The notes beneath the pieces were generated by a model. That model did no database searches. It was not told the DNA's origin and was given only the letters and a program-made list of their open reading frames with translations. Below are positions 26,128 to 38,095 of a stretch of 64,000 nt of DNA, piece by piece. The first letter of the stretch is position 1. Each line of letters starts with the position of its first letter. The translations under genes and the position numbers were made by a program. The stretch is from Zootoca vivipara (lineage: Eukaryota). The stretch spans positions 58,652,001 to 58,716,000 of the forward strand of contig NC_083277.1 of NCBI RefSeq assembly GCF_963506605.1, given 5' to 3'.

Positions 26128-26421
26128 GGTGAGATCAGCCCTGAGTGCTCACTGGAAGGACAGATCCTGAAGCTGAGGCTCCAATACTTTGGCCACCTCA
26201 TAAGAAGAGAAGACTCCCTGGAAAAGACCCTGATGTTGGGAAAGATTGAGGGCACTAGGAGAAGGGGACGACAGAGGATGAGATGGTTGGACAGTGTTCT
26301 CGAAGCTACAGACATGAGTTTGACCAAACTGCAGGAGGCAGTGCAAGACAGGAGTGCCTGGCGTGCTATGGTCCATGGGGTCACGAAGAGTCGGACACGA
26401 CTAAACGACTAAACAACAACA
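26128..26421 (+). mobile_element. RTE-BovB 3' fragment
   Basis: ctgaagctgaggctccaatactttggccacctc...gaaaagaccctgatgttgggaaagattgagggc...gagtcggacacgactaaacgactaaacaacaac. Confidence 0.88.
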
Positions 26422-26722
26422 ATTTATTTCTTTATTTGCAAACGTATGTGAAATAAGGGAAACTGATCTTAAGAGTGGGAAAATGAAGATGAGGGCGCTA
26501 ATGCCCCCTGCCAAATCCCTCTGCCTGCTGGATGAAGTGACCTTCCCTGCACACCACTCATCCTGCACATATTGGTACATATGCACACCTTCTGCAAAAT
26601 AACCATGCCAAGTACTAAGGGGATATTGAAAAAAATTGCTCTTGCTTTTTAAATGCATTTATTTTTGAGTTAAAATAAGTAACTTCAATGGAGCTCCAGT
26701 GCAAATCAGAAAAGGGAAGTGT

Positions 26723-27382
26723 CAGGGCCGGCTCTAGGCCCAGGCTGGGTGGCGCAATGCGCCAGGGTGCCTGGCCACCAGAGACGCCGAAGGGGCGCCG
26801 AACGGCTGGTGTACGGCTGAGTGTGGCAGCCAGGAGCTCCATGCAAGGTGGCAAAAGCTTCCTCTCCTCCTCTTCTTGCAGAACCAGTAAGACTACTGCC
26901 TAGAGTGGCAGCTGGAGCGTGGTGCCACTCTAGGCAGGAGTTTCGCTGGTTCTGCAAGAAGAGGAGGAGAGCTCCATGTGAGGCGGCAAAAGCTTCCTCT
27001 CTTTCTCTTCTTGCAGAACCAGCGAGACTCCTGCCTAGAGTGGCACCACGCGCCTGCTGCCACTCTAGGCAGGAGTCTCGCTGGTTCTGCAAGAAGAGGA
27101 GGAGAGCTCCATGTGAGGCGGCAAAAGCTTCCTCTCTTTCTCTTCTTGCAGAACCAGCGAGACTCCTGCCTAGAGTGGCACCACGTGCCTGCTGCCACTC
27201 TAGGCAGTAGTCTCGCTGGTTCTGCAAGAAGAGGAGGAGAGGAAGCTTTTGCCGTCTTGCATGGCCGCGCATAGTTAGGCAGCCCCAACAGCGCCCTCTG
27301 CCCCAGGCTAAATTTTGGGAAAGGGAGGGGGCGCTGGAGGGACCTTTGCACCACAGTGCTGGATGTACTTAAGACGGCCCTG
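26723..27382. mobile_element. Non-autonomous TIR element (hAT-like) with three 135-bp palindromic tandem units
   Basis: Termini CAGGGCCG...CGGCCCTG. Units start at 26850, 26985 and 27120, each with inverted arms of about 40 bp. Absent from the paralogous sequence at about 35600. No clean TSD. Confidence 0.65.
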
Positions 27383-27639
27383 GGTATTAGGTGCAGATTG
27401 CCCAATGTAGCAGCAGCAACACTGACATAATTTTGATGCCATTTATTCTGACACCATCAACCATGGTATCCTCCTGGACCAGCTCCAGGCAGTGCCTTGG
27501 GGTCCCAAAATTTGAGGGCTCTTCCATTCTATATCATAGTTGCAGCGACTCTTGAGGCACACCCAGTGTGACCAAACTGGTCATGCACATCTAAGTCCGC
27601 CTCTGTTCCAGGCAATGGTAATTGGGGGAACTGTATTAC

Positions 27640-28090
27640 AGTGGTCCTGATCCTATCTTCAGGACCAAGTCCCGAGAATAGCTTTGGGACACTGTTTGGG
27701 GGGCCATCTTGTGGCTACATTATGGAGTGCTTATTTCCAACACTGTTTAATATCTACATGAATCCATTCAGAGAGGTCATTAGGAGTTTCAGAGTGAAGT
27801 GCCATCAGAATGCTGATGACACTCAGCTCTACTTTGCCGTAACATCTGAATCCGGAGAGGCTGTACAGTACCTGGGCCACTGCCTGGAAGCAGTGGTGAA
27901 ATGGATGAATGAAATCAAGCTGAGCTTCAAACCTGGCAAGGTGGATGCACTGTGGGTAAGTAGTCCCCGTGTCCAAGAAATTGGTCAATTGCCTATCCTG
28001 GATGGGGTACCAGGCAGAGTTCAAGGTGTTCCTATTAGCGTACAAAGCCCTTAACAACTTGGGACCAGTTTACCTACCAGATCGCCTAAC
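27640..28090 (+). mobile_element. Decayed L2 RT fragment
   Basis: LFNIYMNPFREVIRSFRVKCHQNADDTQLYF. Confidence 0.75.
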
Positions 28091-29415
28091 CCCCAGAGTC
28101 AACCCACCCAGATAGGAGAAATGAAACAGACAGCACCACCTACTGGCACCTCACTTGCCCCACCACTGGCAGAGAAGCAAAGCCAGGCAATTTCATAATT
28201 GTAATGCTGGACTTGTCAGCCTCTTAGAGCTCTTCCGAGCAGTTAGATCTAACCTCTCTCCCATGCATATAAGGAAGTCTGTGTGGCCTTCATGATGAAG
28301 AAATGTTTACACGTGGAAATGAAATATTGCAGAGGACTGCAGTGTCATGTACCAATGTCAACAGTTTCCTTTTAGTGCACAATACAAGAAACATCTGGCA
28401 ACCAGCCAGTTAGCAAACAGTTCATGGAACAGTTTACTGTCTCAAACATAAGTCATAGCAAAGATAGCAGATGATATTTTCAAACCAAATCAATAAAAAT
28501 GAGTTAAGTTAACATTCTCAGTTAACTTTATTGCAATGTATCACATGGGTTTCTAGAGAAGAGTGATATCATTTCATTGCTGCTGAAGCAAATATAGCTC
28601 CATATCTGCTGGACCCACTGCCAGCCAACATGTACTTCTGACCATGGACTCAAACACACCATAACACATAAATGCTCTGGACATGCCACTTGTATTTTTC
28701 AAAACTGGAGAAGGTTTTGAGAAGAAAAGTCCTGTTGGATCTGGCTGAGGGTCCAAGTCAAAGTTCAGCATCCAGAAGGGGCACATCGGGTGGGCCAGAG
28801 CTATGGGGCTGTCCTCCTGCCACTGCTGCCACTGGAGCTTACCTGAAGTAAACATTATTATGTTCTGATGCCAAGATCGTACAAAATACTTGACACTTTA
28901 AAAAAGAAGGGCAATGCAACCAGCACTCTCCAAAACTACCGAACCATTAGGTCTCATTTACAATTGTGAGACAGCCAAGAAATGTGACTTCTGCCCTTAA
29001 AAGTATCAAGTGTTTTCCTTAACACTGCGATCTCAGTAGAATGAATATACCACTTCAAGGAGATTCTCCAAGGAAAAATGGGGAAGATAGTGTTGGGGCA
29101 ATACTCGGAGCATCAGAAGTGTGGTTTAAAGAGAACATAAGAATAGCACTGGTGGATTGTGCCCACGTCTCATCTGTCCCAGCATCCTGTTCTCACAGCT
29201 GACAACCAGATGCCTATGGGATGCCTGCAAGTAGGACCTGAGGGAAGAAAGACTGGACCCGCCTGCTGTTTTCCCAGTAACTTGTATTCAGAAGAAAATT
29301 GCCTCAAATAATGGAAATTCAAGATGCTCAAGCCACACATTCATAGCTTGTTTTCTCCTATCACCGAATCTTGTTTTCTCTGTGCTTGTTTTCCACTTCT
29401 GTGGTTTCCAAACAA

Positions 29416-29719
29416 TCTATACAGTGGTACCTCGGTTTATGAACACAATTGGTTCTGGAAGTCTGTTCATAAACTGAAGCGTTCATAAACTGAAGCAAAC
29501 TTTCCCATTGAAAGTAATAGGAAATGGATTAATCCGTTCCAGATGGGTCCACGGAGTACTCAACCTGAAGAGTACTTAACCCGAAGTATGAGTGTAATTG
29601 GTTCTGGAAGTCCGTACTTAACCTGAAGCGTACTTAACCTGAAGCGAACTTTCCCATTGAAAGTAATGGAAAGTGAATGGGTCCGCGGCTTTCATAAACC
29701 GAAAATTCATAAACCGAGG

Positions 29720-29791
<72 letters not shown>

Positions 29792-30177
29792 AAACTGGGC
29801 ATGTGGGTTAGTCTCCACTTTTCTCCGAAGCTGCTTGACCAATTGCGTTCAAATTTGGACACAACGTACAATCTATACAGTGGTACCTCGGTTTATGAAC
29901 ACAATTGGTTCTGGAAGTCTGTTCATAAACTGAAGCGTTCATAAACTGAAGCAAACTTTCCCATCGAAAGTAATGGGAAGTGGATTAATCCGTTCCAGAT
30001 GGGTCCACGGAGTACTCAACCTGAAGAGTACTTAACCCGAAGTATGAGTGTAATTGGTTCTGGAAGTCCGTACTTAACCTGAAGCGTACTTAACCTGAAG
30101 CGAACTTTCCCATTGAAAGTAATGGAAAGTGAATGGGTCCGCGGCTTTCATAAACCGAAAATTCATAAACCGAGGTT

Positions 30178-30232
<55 letters not shown>

Positions 30233-30879
30233 TGGGCATGTGGGTTAGTCTCCACTTTTCTCCGAAGCTGCTTGACCAATTGCGTTCAAATTTGGACACA
30301 ACGTCACATGTGGATATGCACTTTGCGTAGGCAGATGACACACCTATGGCAGGTAAAGCAGGTAAAACCCACTGTTCCTGAACACAAAACTCAGACAGCT
30401 GGGGATGCTGGGAGCACAGGAGAAGTTGCAAAACAGAGCCCTCTAGTGACAGCTACACTGATACTGCACCTAGGAAAGCTTCCCTCTCCACAGCATCTCG
30501 GCTCGGCTTTGCAGACTGGGCCGAGGGGGCAGGATAGGTCATGGGTTGGGACAGGGTGTGGCCAGTCACAGGGATGAGCCGGGGGGAAGGGGGCAGAATA
30601 GGTCATGGGTCAGGACAGAGTGGGGGGAATCAAAGGGTGACCCGGGGGTGAGGGAAGGAGGGGTCAGAATAGGTCATAGGTCGGGACAGAGTTGGGGGAG
30701 ACACAGGGATGACCCCGGGGGAGGAGGGAACAGAATAGGTCATGGGTCGGGACAGGGTGGGGGGAGTCACAGGGATGAGCCGGGGAATGGGGGAGGAGGG
30801 GTCAGAATAGCTCATGGGTCGGAACAGGGTGGGGCAGTCACAGGGATGAGCCACAGCAACGTGTGGCTGGGCCAGCTAG
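29416..30879 (+). mobile_element. Non-autonomous Helitron with nested MITE, duplicated 5' end and G-rich minisatellite
   Basis: Begins TC, ends CTAG, has hairpin GCCACA-gcaacg-TGTGGC (30850-30867) 12 nt from the end, and sits between A and T with no TSD. Empty sites are present in units B (about 44672) and C. Confidence 0.85.
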
Positions 30880-31278
30880 TTAAAGATAATAAGTGTGTTT
30901 GTCGTATATAACGTGTTTGTATTACTTTCCAGGACAACAATACTTATTTTATTTTATAGTTTACATGCTGAACGAGTAAGGCTCCTTTGTTTTTCTTTGT
31001 ACTAAAACAATTGCCTATGATCAAAAGAATTCCAGCATTTCTAAAAACCGTTTTGTTTGTACCTCATTTCTTGTGACCTGCAACAGCAATGTCACAATCA
31101 CACCAGAAGCCGTATTTCTTAAGGAGCTGGTTGCCAAATGTTTATTGCATACACGTGGAATGTGCATTGAAAGGGAAACCATTAAAATTGGTACATTGCA
31201 GTCCTCTGTAAACACATTTGCACGTGTAAATATTTCTTAAAAATTGGGAGATTTCATCATCAAGGCTGCAGAAACTTC

Positions 31279-31286
31279 CATAAATA
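31279..31286 (+). promoter_or_regulatory. TATA-like CATAAATA of gene A (gene C: 52589-52596; gene B has TATATAT at 45144-45150)
   Basis: About 110 bp upstream of the ATG at an equivalent position in all three paralogs. A GTAAATA forkhead-like motif lies about 50 bp further upstream in A and B. Confidence 0.5.
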
Positions 31287-31391
31287 CATGGAAGAGATGC
31301 CAGACCTCAGCCTAACAAGTGGAATCTGAGAAGCATCTACTGCTCGGAAAAGCACTAAGAGGCAGACAGAACTAAACCCACCAGCAGCATC

Positions 31392-32453
31392 ATGAAGCCA
31401 GGCAGCTTTCTCCTCCTCACTCTGATGGTCTTCTTTTTGTACTCAGGTGAGTCATAGTTCATATTGCAAAAGTTCTCTTTCTCGGAGAGGTGTAGGGACC
31501 AAACAATCCATGGACTATTCATGTATTCAAATGAGTGTAGGAAGGCTTCACCTGTGTTGACTAAATCCAGTTAACGTTGGTGTACGCTGGCTTAAAGCTA
31601 ATGGAAGGAGGGGACATTGTTGTCAAACATAGGGACACTAGGGGCAGGGACACACATCACCCAACACACACACACACACACACAAGCCTTTCCCACATTC
31701 TTTTGAACACTGAAACATTTCTGTTCTCAAGATTCCTCCTATATGAAATTATACATGCCAGGAAGAAGCAGAATGAACGTCTTGCTATGTGAGATTTACT
31801 CTATCAAATAAAGATACTCTACACCAGGGCTCTACATTGCAGAATACGCCCACCACTTTTCACACAATAGGAGCCTTTTTGAAAGCTGAGGCTCAAAACA
31901 CTAATGCCCCCTAAAGCTACCACCACCACGCACCCTCCTTTCTTCATGGTCTCCCCGTGGCTCTTGTGATATAAGAAGTGGACCTAGCCATGATTCTAAA
32001 CACACAAAGCACCACAGCTGGGCATGCAAGGGAAATCAACAGAACTGGGTCCCAGTTAGTTATGCACTAAATCAGTATATACAGTTATTTATATTTAGTA
32101 TAGTTAACTGACTTAACCATTTCCCATTGATTTGATTGTCTTCTTATGCATGCTCAGTGACATTTAAAAGAAAGTGCCCTATTGCCAATGCACTTTTAGG
32201 ATAACATAGGATGTAAAAGATACAATGCATCTCACTTTTCAGTTCCTAGAAATAAATGTTATCAAATGGACTATTATTCAACAGATGGATTTGCGAAATA
32301 GTTTTTACATTTTCTGTGTTTTGCATCTAGATGTTGTTGTTAAAGCATCATGGGAAGCGGTAAGTGGGACGTCATTTATTCTTATGATAGAACATGGAAG
32401 TACTATGGAGTTAAGATAAGTGAATTTTTATTTCTTGTGGAATTTTTAAATAT

Positions 32454-32489
<36 letters not shown>

Positions 32490-34420
32490 CGCGCGCGTAT
32501 GTATGTATGTATGTATGTCAATATTTAAAATAGAATTTCAAACACAGGCAACAAAAACACATCTACACAAATATAACATACAAGAGCTGGGTTTTTCCCA
32601 TGATTTCAATTCTCTAGTCCCATCCCTTTTTAAAAAAAAAAAGTTGTTGGTATTATTATTAGTTCCATTTGCTACCCACAATTTCAAAGAAAGTCTCGAT
32701 TTGTGTTCTGTAGTAGCCTAGTGGGGTTATTCTGTTATTACTAGACAGCCCGCCCAACCCTGCAGGCATATTATTTAGCCACTGTCTTATGAATCCAGGC
32801 ACTCACTCTGTTTTTTCCGTAAATAATTATTTTATTTTATTTTTCAAAAACTGCTGTTAAATGTGTCCTGGAGCTGCCCACTCGCAATCTGGCAGGATCA
32901 ATCTGTAGGGACTAACATGTCTGCAATTTGTGTCTTGTGTGAAAAACTTTGTACCTGTTCTAACCCTGCAATATTTTTAACTTTAAAGGTGTCTTGCATG
33001 GAATCCCTGCCACCGACAATCTATAATTTGACAGGTTTAAGTGCCCGCAATGGGGCCTTACCATGTCACCAGATCACATTGCGCAAGTGGTAACTTGGGA
33101 TGTATAGAGAACAACTTTATCACGCAATTCACTGCTTGCCAGGACAATAAATCAGCATTTCCTGTGCTTGAATGTACACCATAATATAACACTGGGTGAA
33201 TTGTCTTTTGCATTCCTCATCTTTGCCTCATTATTAGGCATGTCATAATCAGAAAGGCCTTGCAGTCCAAAAGTTAAGTGGGGAGGACCTTTAAAAGTGT
33301 TGTGTCCTTCGTCTTCAGAAATATTGCAAAAGATATCCAAACCCAATATGCACCATGGAACTCAACAACCACTGCGGTTCTGATGGCAAGACCTATGGCA
33401 ACAAGTGTCAATTCTGCAATGCATATATGTGAGTATATATGTGAGATCATAGAGTTGGAAGGGACCCAGAGAGTGATATAGTCCAAGCTCCTGCAGTGCA
33501 GGAATCTGCCCCCCCCCCAAGATATCTTTATTGGAAGTTTAAAAGTACATGATTATATTTGCACTAAGCATGGTGAGATGTAAATAGAAGAAAGGAAAAG
33601 AAAAAGAGAATCAACACACTTGTAGAACGAAAAGTCAAGGGGGGGACCCCTTTCCTGGGCAGTGCAGGAATCATTGTGCACAATGTGGGGTGCTAACCCA
33701 TGACCCTGAGTTTTGTGTTGCTTATGAGGCCCAAATGAAGATGGTGAGCAGAGCTAATCTGTGGGTAGCCCTGAATTTTTAGATTGAGAGTGTTGGGAGG
33801 GCTATTCACAAGCACCACCCTCCTGACACTCTTGTTGCTAAGAGCGATCCAGGGGGTGGGGCAGGGGAAATATGCCCAAATGGGTTCTATCACCATCCCA
33901 CCAGTCCAGACACAAAGCAAAAGGTAGTAGGGTTGGCCCAGAAGAAAAATAACAAAAAAGCCCCATCAGGGAATTAGGGGATAGTAAGAACATTATTATG
34001 AAGGTAACAAAGGCCTACACTGGGTGTTGCCTTAATGTGGATCTTGGAATTGCTCTAGGTAGAAGTCTGAATATTTACCCCCTAGAGAAGTTTGACACAG
34101 ACGTACAATGGGGGCTGGAGAAGGGGGATCTTCCACAAAGTGGTAGACTGAAAAGGACATTGGTCCCTCTTGCTCAATATTGGCTAGGCTGACAGGAAGC
34201 AGTTTTCCAGGGTCTCAGACAGGATTCTTCCTCAGCCCTTTCCCCAAGACACAGAGCAAAGATGGTCTTAGCTTTCCCATCTATACAGTACTTCTCTTTA
34301 AGGAGTTATAATGAAAGTTGTATCTTATGAATTCTCACCTTTATTTCCTTCTTTTTTCTCATCAGTGAAAGTAAAAGAACGCTGAAACTGAAATACTATG
34401 GAAAATGCAAAAAAAATTAA
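31392..34420 (+). CDS. Single-domain Kazal inhibitor gene A (SPINK-like), 82 aa, P1 Met
   Basis: Exons 31392-31446 (55 nt), 32331-32359 (29 nt), 33319-33428 (110 nt), 34366-34420 give [82 protein letters not shown]. Kazal spacing C-X7-C-X7-C-X10-C-X2-C-X17-C, SPINK1-like 4-exon layout, AATAAA at 34567. Confidence 0.92.
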
Positions 34421-36842
34421 GATGCACAAGATTAAGAAACATCTGCCAAGGAAGTCCCATTTTGATTCAAGCTTCACTCATTGCATCACCACAAAAAAAT
34501 TGTTCTTCTCTTTGCTTATGCTCTGTGAGCCAGTGAATATCTCGCAACATCTTTAATTGATTTATCAATAAATAAGCTCAGCAACATTATCAAACTCTCC
34601 ATACATTTATTTGTGTATTATCTATTATTAAATGTTATATATGATTTGGGCAAGATATCGGTATTGAATTTTGTTACTAATAACACACAATCAGGGAACT
34701 GAGTCAAACAATCAGCGGAATCTTCTCTCTTTGGACTATGACATTACTGACTTCTGGCAATTGATTTCTGCAGATTGAAAAAAAACCCAAAAAAACCACC
34801 TATAGACTGCCAGGTAATTCGTTAGACACTGAGGCTAGAACCCATCCCCCTGCCATGATACATTTCATTTCATTTCTATTGATTTTTAATAGAAGAAAAT
34901 AAAAAACAGAGAAATAAGAGAAAAGGACACAGAAAATTCAGTTGCCATCCTATAAATTGATATGTGCCATTCAAGTGGCTACCCAGCTACATCATTGCGC
35001 CAGCGCAAGAATTAATGTTAAAGCAATGGGATTTCTCTCCTGCTTGCTTTCCCCACCTGGGTGTCCCACTGTGTGTTCCTTCAACCGTTCCTCATAAGGC
35101 TTAGTTCCCAAACTCTTGATCATCTTGGTTATCCTCCTCTGCACACATTCAAGTTCGTCAAAATCTTTTTAAAATTGTGGTGCCCAGAATCAGACACAGT
35201 TTTCCAGGTGTGGTCTCTCCAAGGCAGAAAAGAGTAGTACTATTACTATCTGTACTGGCTTAAGGTCAGTGTTTTCAGACTGGCCACAGGACTACTCCAA
35301 CCTCTAGCTCAGAACCAGTTGCTGGTCCAAGTCAACACCCAAAAAGCTTCCTCAATTGGGCTGTCCCCATCTCATCTTCAACACTTGAGCTTCAACATAG
35401 GTGATCTGCGGGCCCACTAATACCCATCCTGCTCACCAAGGGATGTGAGTTTACAATATGCTGGGACATTTCACATAGCTGAATATCTAAAGAACTTGGC
35501 AGTGGTCACCTACCACAGACTTTTTATTAAGACCAGACTGAATGTGTTGCCTTCCAAAATGCTCCAAGGCATAAGCAACTTCAGTGCAGAAATGGGCACT
35601 GTGTTATCAGGTGCAGATTGCCCAAAGTAGCAGCATCATTGATATAATTTTGATACCATTTATCTTGATACCATCAACCATGGTATCCTCCTGGACCCGC
35701 TCCAGGCAGTGGAGGACCTTGGGGTCTCAAAATTTGGTGCCCTCTGCCTGCCTCTCACCTTCCATTCTATATCATAGTTGCTGTGACACCTGTGGAACAC
35801 CTGCGACTCCCCACCCTGTGCAACTAAACCAGTCACACTCCCCTAAAATCTCCTTTGCCTACATCAGCTAAGCAGCAGTGATGCTGGTGTTGAAAGGGCA
35901 GTTCCATCTCACCACATGTGCTCTTTCTGTCAGCATCTTTTTTCCAAAATTGGCCCAAAGGTACCATGTAAAACAATTCAAAACTTAGAGGGAAATTGGC
36001 CAGAGAACTTCTAGTGGAGAGGCAGTGTTGGTGTGGATTATACATGGGTAGCTTATAAGCAAATGCATAAGGGTTGGAGAGAGATGCTGTGGTGGTTAGG
36101 AAGGAGATGAGGCACCCTTAACCCACCCTGATCCTTTGAGGGGTGGGGGGGCCTGGGCCGAGCACCCATGGGGGCTGGAACTCCTGGAGGCCACCCTATG
36201 CGAGCATGATCGCCATGATCAAGGAGAATAATTGGATTTAAAATCATGAACATGCTTCAAAAGAAGGGGGAGAAGATACTGCCAGGACTTTATCAGCTTC
36301 TGAGTGAGAAGAGAATCGAGGGAGTATTTCATCAAGAGGAAAGAATGATTGGGATGGAACGAAAAGGGAAGTAAACTTTTTATTTTCATACTTTAAGATG
36401 TACTTACAACCTTCCTGGACGGACTGTCTAATTATTTGAGAAAATGAGAAATGGAAACGAACTGTGTGGCATTGGAATTCATATAAATAGAGGATTGTCA
36501 TCTGGTATGATTTTAGAAGTTGCTTTTTAAATTGTTAGAGTAAAAAAAAAACCTCCCAGAATGTTTATTGGAATTGCCTGAAAGCCGCCGGCGAGTGGGA
36601 TTTACGAGCTGTGGCGTATTTGGAATCTGAGAGATAATAGCAGCCTAATTGGAGTCTCGGAGTGCAGAAGGCAGCTAAAAGGCGAGGAAAGCTATAAATC
36701 AGTTACAAGAGATTGTGCATAGTGTGAACTAGCTGTTCCTCGCCAAAAAGCTGTACTCTTGCAAAAGTTTAGAAGAAGTTTGGAAGAAGACGGAATATGA
36801 GCCGAGGCATTCCTATCTTACTACAGGCTCGTATACTATAAG

Positions 36843-37210
36843 GAATGCCTTATGAGGAACAGCTTAGGGAGCTGGGTATGTTTAGCCTGGAGAAGAGAAG
36901 GTTGAGGGGTGATATGATGAGAGGATGCCATATAGAGGAGGGTGAAGGGTTGCTTTCTGCTACTCCAGAGAAGTGGACACAAAGCAATGGATTCAAACTA
37001 CAAGAAAGAAGATTCCACCTAAGCATTAGGAAGAACTTCCTGACTGTGAGAACTGTTTGGCAGTGGAATTTGTCAGCAAGTAATGTGGTGGAGTCTCCTT
37101 CCTTAAAGGTCTCCAAGCAGAGGCTTGACAGCCACGTCAAGAATACTCTGATGGTGTTTCCTGCTTGGCAAGTTGGATTGGATGGCCCCCATGGTGTCCT
37201 CCAACTCCTC
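36843..37210 (+). mobile_element. CR1 3' fragment (inverted paralog at about 50630-50975)
   Basis: [23 protein letters not shown] matches the CR1 ORF2 end at 57959. Confidence 0.85.
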
Positions 37211-38095
37211 TCCTTTCATATTGCCAAAGTCTTTAATATGAGAGTATATTTTGCCTGAATTTGAACTTGATGAAGTGGGGAGAAATAAGATTCAGTTCTT
37301 GCTTAGGACAAACTTAACATACGTGTACACTTTATGAAGATTCTCTGATTCTATGTTATCAGCTCATGTCTGGTATGTCCTGACGGCTTTGTAACTGCTT
37401 ACTTTGTAAGGAATGTTGTCCCTGCAAGGATGAGTATGTAGTGTCCTTGCCCACTGTAGCTGCTCATCCTGTTTGGCAGCTGTTCTTGCGAGGGTAGATA
37501 TGTGATGATCTTATCTATAGCCGAAGGCTATCTACTTCCTTCATTCCCTGCTTTTCTTTTGGACAGCTTCCTAGCTTGTCCAGGGGTAGGGGTTGATATT
37601 CTGCAAGGCAAGGATTCGGGGCCTGTGAGGGACAGGGGATATCGCGAAGTCCCTCCCCTCCTGAGTTCAAGCCCATCCCCGAGCACAGGGGAAAGCAGAG
37701 AGAGTTCCGATTCCAGTGGGGAAGCAGGAAGTCGTGTCCGAGGCTCAGGCAAGGTAGCGGAGCCAGGGTCCCAGGTGGGACAGGAAGGGGCAAATAAGGG
37801 GGGGGAGACCCATCCCCCCAACTCCGGAATTGCGCAGAAAGCGGAGGGGAAAGAGGATGGGTCTACCCAAGCTTTTGTGTTGGAGAAAGACGCGCCAAAA
37901 GCCATTCGGAGGTTCTGAACCCGACTGAGCACATAGCTCCGTGTAAATAGCAATGACTTCAGCACTGTAAATAAGCAGCACCAATAAAAGAATAAAATGC
38001 AGAGCTGTGTAGAGTCGTTACTCTGAAGTAGCCCGCTCCGGCCACTGTGACAGCAACCTCCGAATCTTTTTTGGGGCTACTTTGGAGTTGCCGGG

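Noticed and set aside
26706-27405. Palindromic repeat array resembling CRISPR, and long repetitive ORFs on both strands
   Set aside because: The units have no unique spacers, there are no cas genes and the context is vertebrate. The ORFs are by-products of a stop-free 135-bp (multiple of 3) palindromic repeat.
28525-28855. 93-aa minus-strand ORF followed by AATAAA, like a terminal exon
   Set aside because: No recognisable domain; the boundary CAG|GTAAGC is ambiguous between acceptor and donor; no linked upstream exon.
29618-30577. YIYIYI ORFs
   Set aside because: (TA)n tracts within the MITE/Helitron.
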